A stretch of 64,000 bases of DNA. Source: an uncultured Veillonellaceae bacterium. GTDB taxonomy: Bacteria > Bacillota > Negativicutes > JARBTT01. A program made the translations under genes and the position numbers. Location of the stretch: positions 1,568,001-1,632,000 of the forward strand of contig CAWDTA010000002.1 in assembly GCA_963805085.1 (NCBI GenBank), given 5' to 3'. Below the pieces are notes generated by a model. It was not told where the DNA came from and searched no databases. It worked only from the letters and a program-made list of their open reading frames with translations. This document shows, piece after piece, positions 62,453-64,000 of this stretch (within the stretch, counting starts at the first letter, position 1; the number at the start of each line of letters is the position of its first letter).

Positions 62453-63988
62453 ATGCTTTGTATGAAGCTGAAAAAACTTATTAAAGTTGTATTTGGCATG
62501 ATGACTTTAGGAACAATGACGTTTAGCTCATTTTTCAGCCTTGCATGTGCAGCACCGAATGATGTAAAGCCAAGAACAATCGTCATGACGGATGGCGAAG
62601 TCGATGATATGGATTCGTTTTTAAGATTTCTGCTCTATACGAATGATCTTGATGTAAGAGGCATCATTTATACTAGTTCCATGTGGCATTACAAGGGGGA
62701 CGGCAGTGGAACTCAATTTAATACCCATATGGATATTGTCAAATTATATCATCCGGGTTGGCACACAGATCTTCGTTGGTGTGGAACAGATTGGATTAAG
62801 GAATATATTGATAAATATCGCACGGTTTACCCGACTCTTTTACAGCACGATAAAAATTATCCGTCTCCGGATAAGCTGCAAAGCCTGGTGCGTGTGGGAA
62901 ATATTGATTTTGAGGGCGAGATGAATTACGACACCGAAGGCTCGAAATTCATAAAAGAGGCGCTTCTTTCTGAGGATGAAACGCCGATTTATTTTGAAAC
63001 CTGGGGTGGTGCCAATACTTTTGCCAGAGCCTTGAAATCTATCGAAGATGAATATAAGGGGACGGCAAAATGGGACAGGATGTATCAGAAGGTTAGTAAA
63101 AAAGCCATCCTGTATAATATCATGGACCAGGATGACACATATAAAACCTATATTGCTGTTAAATGGCCAGATATCAAGGTTTATTACAACAGCTGGCAGT
63201 TCGGAAGTCTGGCCTATATATGGCCTAAAACGCTACCAGAGGCACAGCAGAAATACTTCCGTGGCGAATGGATGAAGAAAAATATTTTGAAAGGCCCGCT
63301 TATTGGCGGCTATATGACCTATGGCGATGGGCATAAGCTTGAAGGCGACCCGGAGGACAAGTTCGGCTCGATGGAAGAAGCCACTAAAAACGGTTACGGA
63401 AAATATGACTTGATATCCGAAGGGGATTCTCCGTCTTTCCTGTATCTTATCAATAATGGTCTGCGTTCTACTGAAAGTCCGACCTATGGCGGCTGGAGCG
63501 GCAGACTTTCACTGTCGGCTTCCACTAAGAACCTTTGGGAGGATAACGAAGGTTCCTTTGACTACAATCCGTATACGAAAAAGTTGGATAAATACTATTC
63601 GCAGACACGATGGATTGATGCTATTCAGAATGATTTTGCTGCACGTGTGAAGTGGACGATGAATGATTACCAGCATGCTAACCATGCACCGCAGGAGATT
63701 AAGATTCAGGAAGGTTTGGACATCAAGGTGAAGCCTGGTGAGAAAGTCACGCTGCATGCCTCGGCCAGCGATCCGGATGGAGACAAGCTAAACTATAAGT
63801 GGTATCCATATGAGGAAGCTGGCTCGTATCGTGCTCCTGTTGCAATCAAAGGCAAGGGACAGGACGCAAGCCTTATGGTACCTGCTAATGCCATAAAGGG
63901 TGAGACCATTCATCTTATTTTAGAAGTAACAGATAGCGGGCAGCCGCCAATTACTCGTTATGCTAGGGTAATCATGACTGTAGAGTAG
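62453..63988 (+). CDS. Exported DUF1593 / nucleoside-hydrolase-like protein with C-terminal Ig-like domain
   Basis: Signal peptide, PRTIVMTDGEVDDMDS..RFLLY, WGGANT, EGDSPSF, GGWSGR, ANHAP and SDPDGD motifs. Confidence 0.8.
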   Translation: MLCMKLKKLIKVVFGMMTLGTMTFSSFFSLACAAPNDVKPRTIVMTDGEVDDMDSFLRFLLYTNDLDVRGIIYTSSMWHYKGDGSGTQFNTHMDIVKLYHPGWHTDLRWCGTDWIKEYIDKYRTVYPTLLQHDKNYPSPDKLQSLVRVGNIDFEGEMNYDTEGSKFIKEALLSEDETPIYFETWGGANTFARALKSIEDEYKGTAKWDRMYQKVSKKAILYNIMDQDDTYKTYIAVKWPDIKVYYNSWQFGSLAYIWPKTLPEAQQKYFRGEWMKKNILKGPLIGGYMTYGDGHKLEGDPEDKFGSMEEATKNGYGKYDLISEGDSPSFLYLINNGLRSTESPTYGGWSGRLSLSASTKNLWEDNEGSFDYNPYTKKLDKYYSQTRWIDAIQNDFAARVKWTMNDYQHANHAPQEIKIQEGLDIKVKPGEKVTLHASASDPDGDKLNYKWYPYEEAGSYRAPVAIKGKGQDASLMVPANAIKGETIHLILEVTDSGQPPITRYARVIMTVE

Positions 63989-64000
63989 GAGATATATGAG

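Noticed and set aside
61179-62586. Long antisense and alternate-frame ORFs over the porin gene
   Set aside because: Expected by-products of the higher GC content of this gene; no recognisable motifs.

Overview
AT-rich chromosomal window from a diderm, probably spore-forming Firmicute (Negativicutes/Sporomusaceae-like). This placement is inferred from an SLH-domain beta-barrel porin, a BclB-type collagen-like protein, T-box and glycine riboswitches and a FapR-type operator. Left to right: (1) a pabA'/pabC - queCDE - folE - exported amidohydrolase - Sul3-like dihydropteroate synthase - type II thioesterase cluster; (2) a uvrA2-marR-DJ-1 stress unit, a secreted GH39-like/CBM enzyme, and VOC, fabH, DMT, OsmC and esterase genes with rearrangement scars; (3) a glycine-riboswitch gcvT-H-PA-PB operon that also carries LipS1/LipS2 radical-SAM lipoyl synthases, a lipoate ligase and lpdA; (4) a RAYT transposase with inverted REP-like flanks, then a ~14.5 kb segment bracketed by a duplicated gene 3' end, holding a class D group II intron inserted in a REP-like palindrome, a complete lasso peptide cluster whose 35-aa precursor is missing from the ORF track, and a T-box-controlled type 2 ileS; (5) assorted regulators, an MCP, a pentapeptide-repeat protein, a collagen-like protein, a PTP-like phytase, a permease and a MITE; (6) a licT - PTS IIBCA - porin - DUF1593 locus whose RAT-like elements overlap SD-sequestering hairpins rather than terminators. 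Family assignments come from recognised motifs only; no database searches were run.
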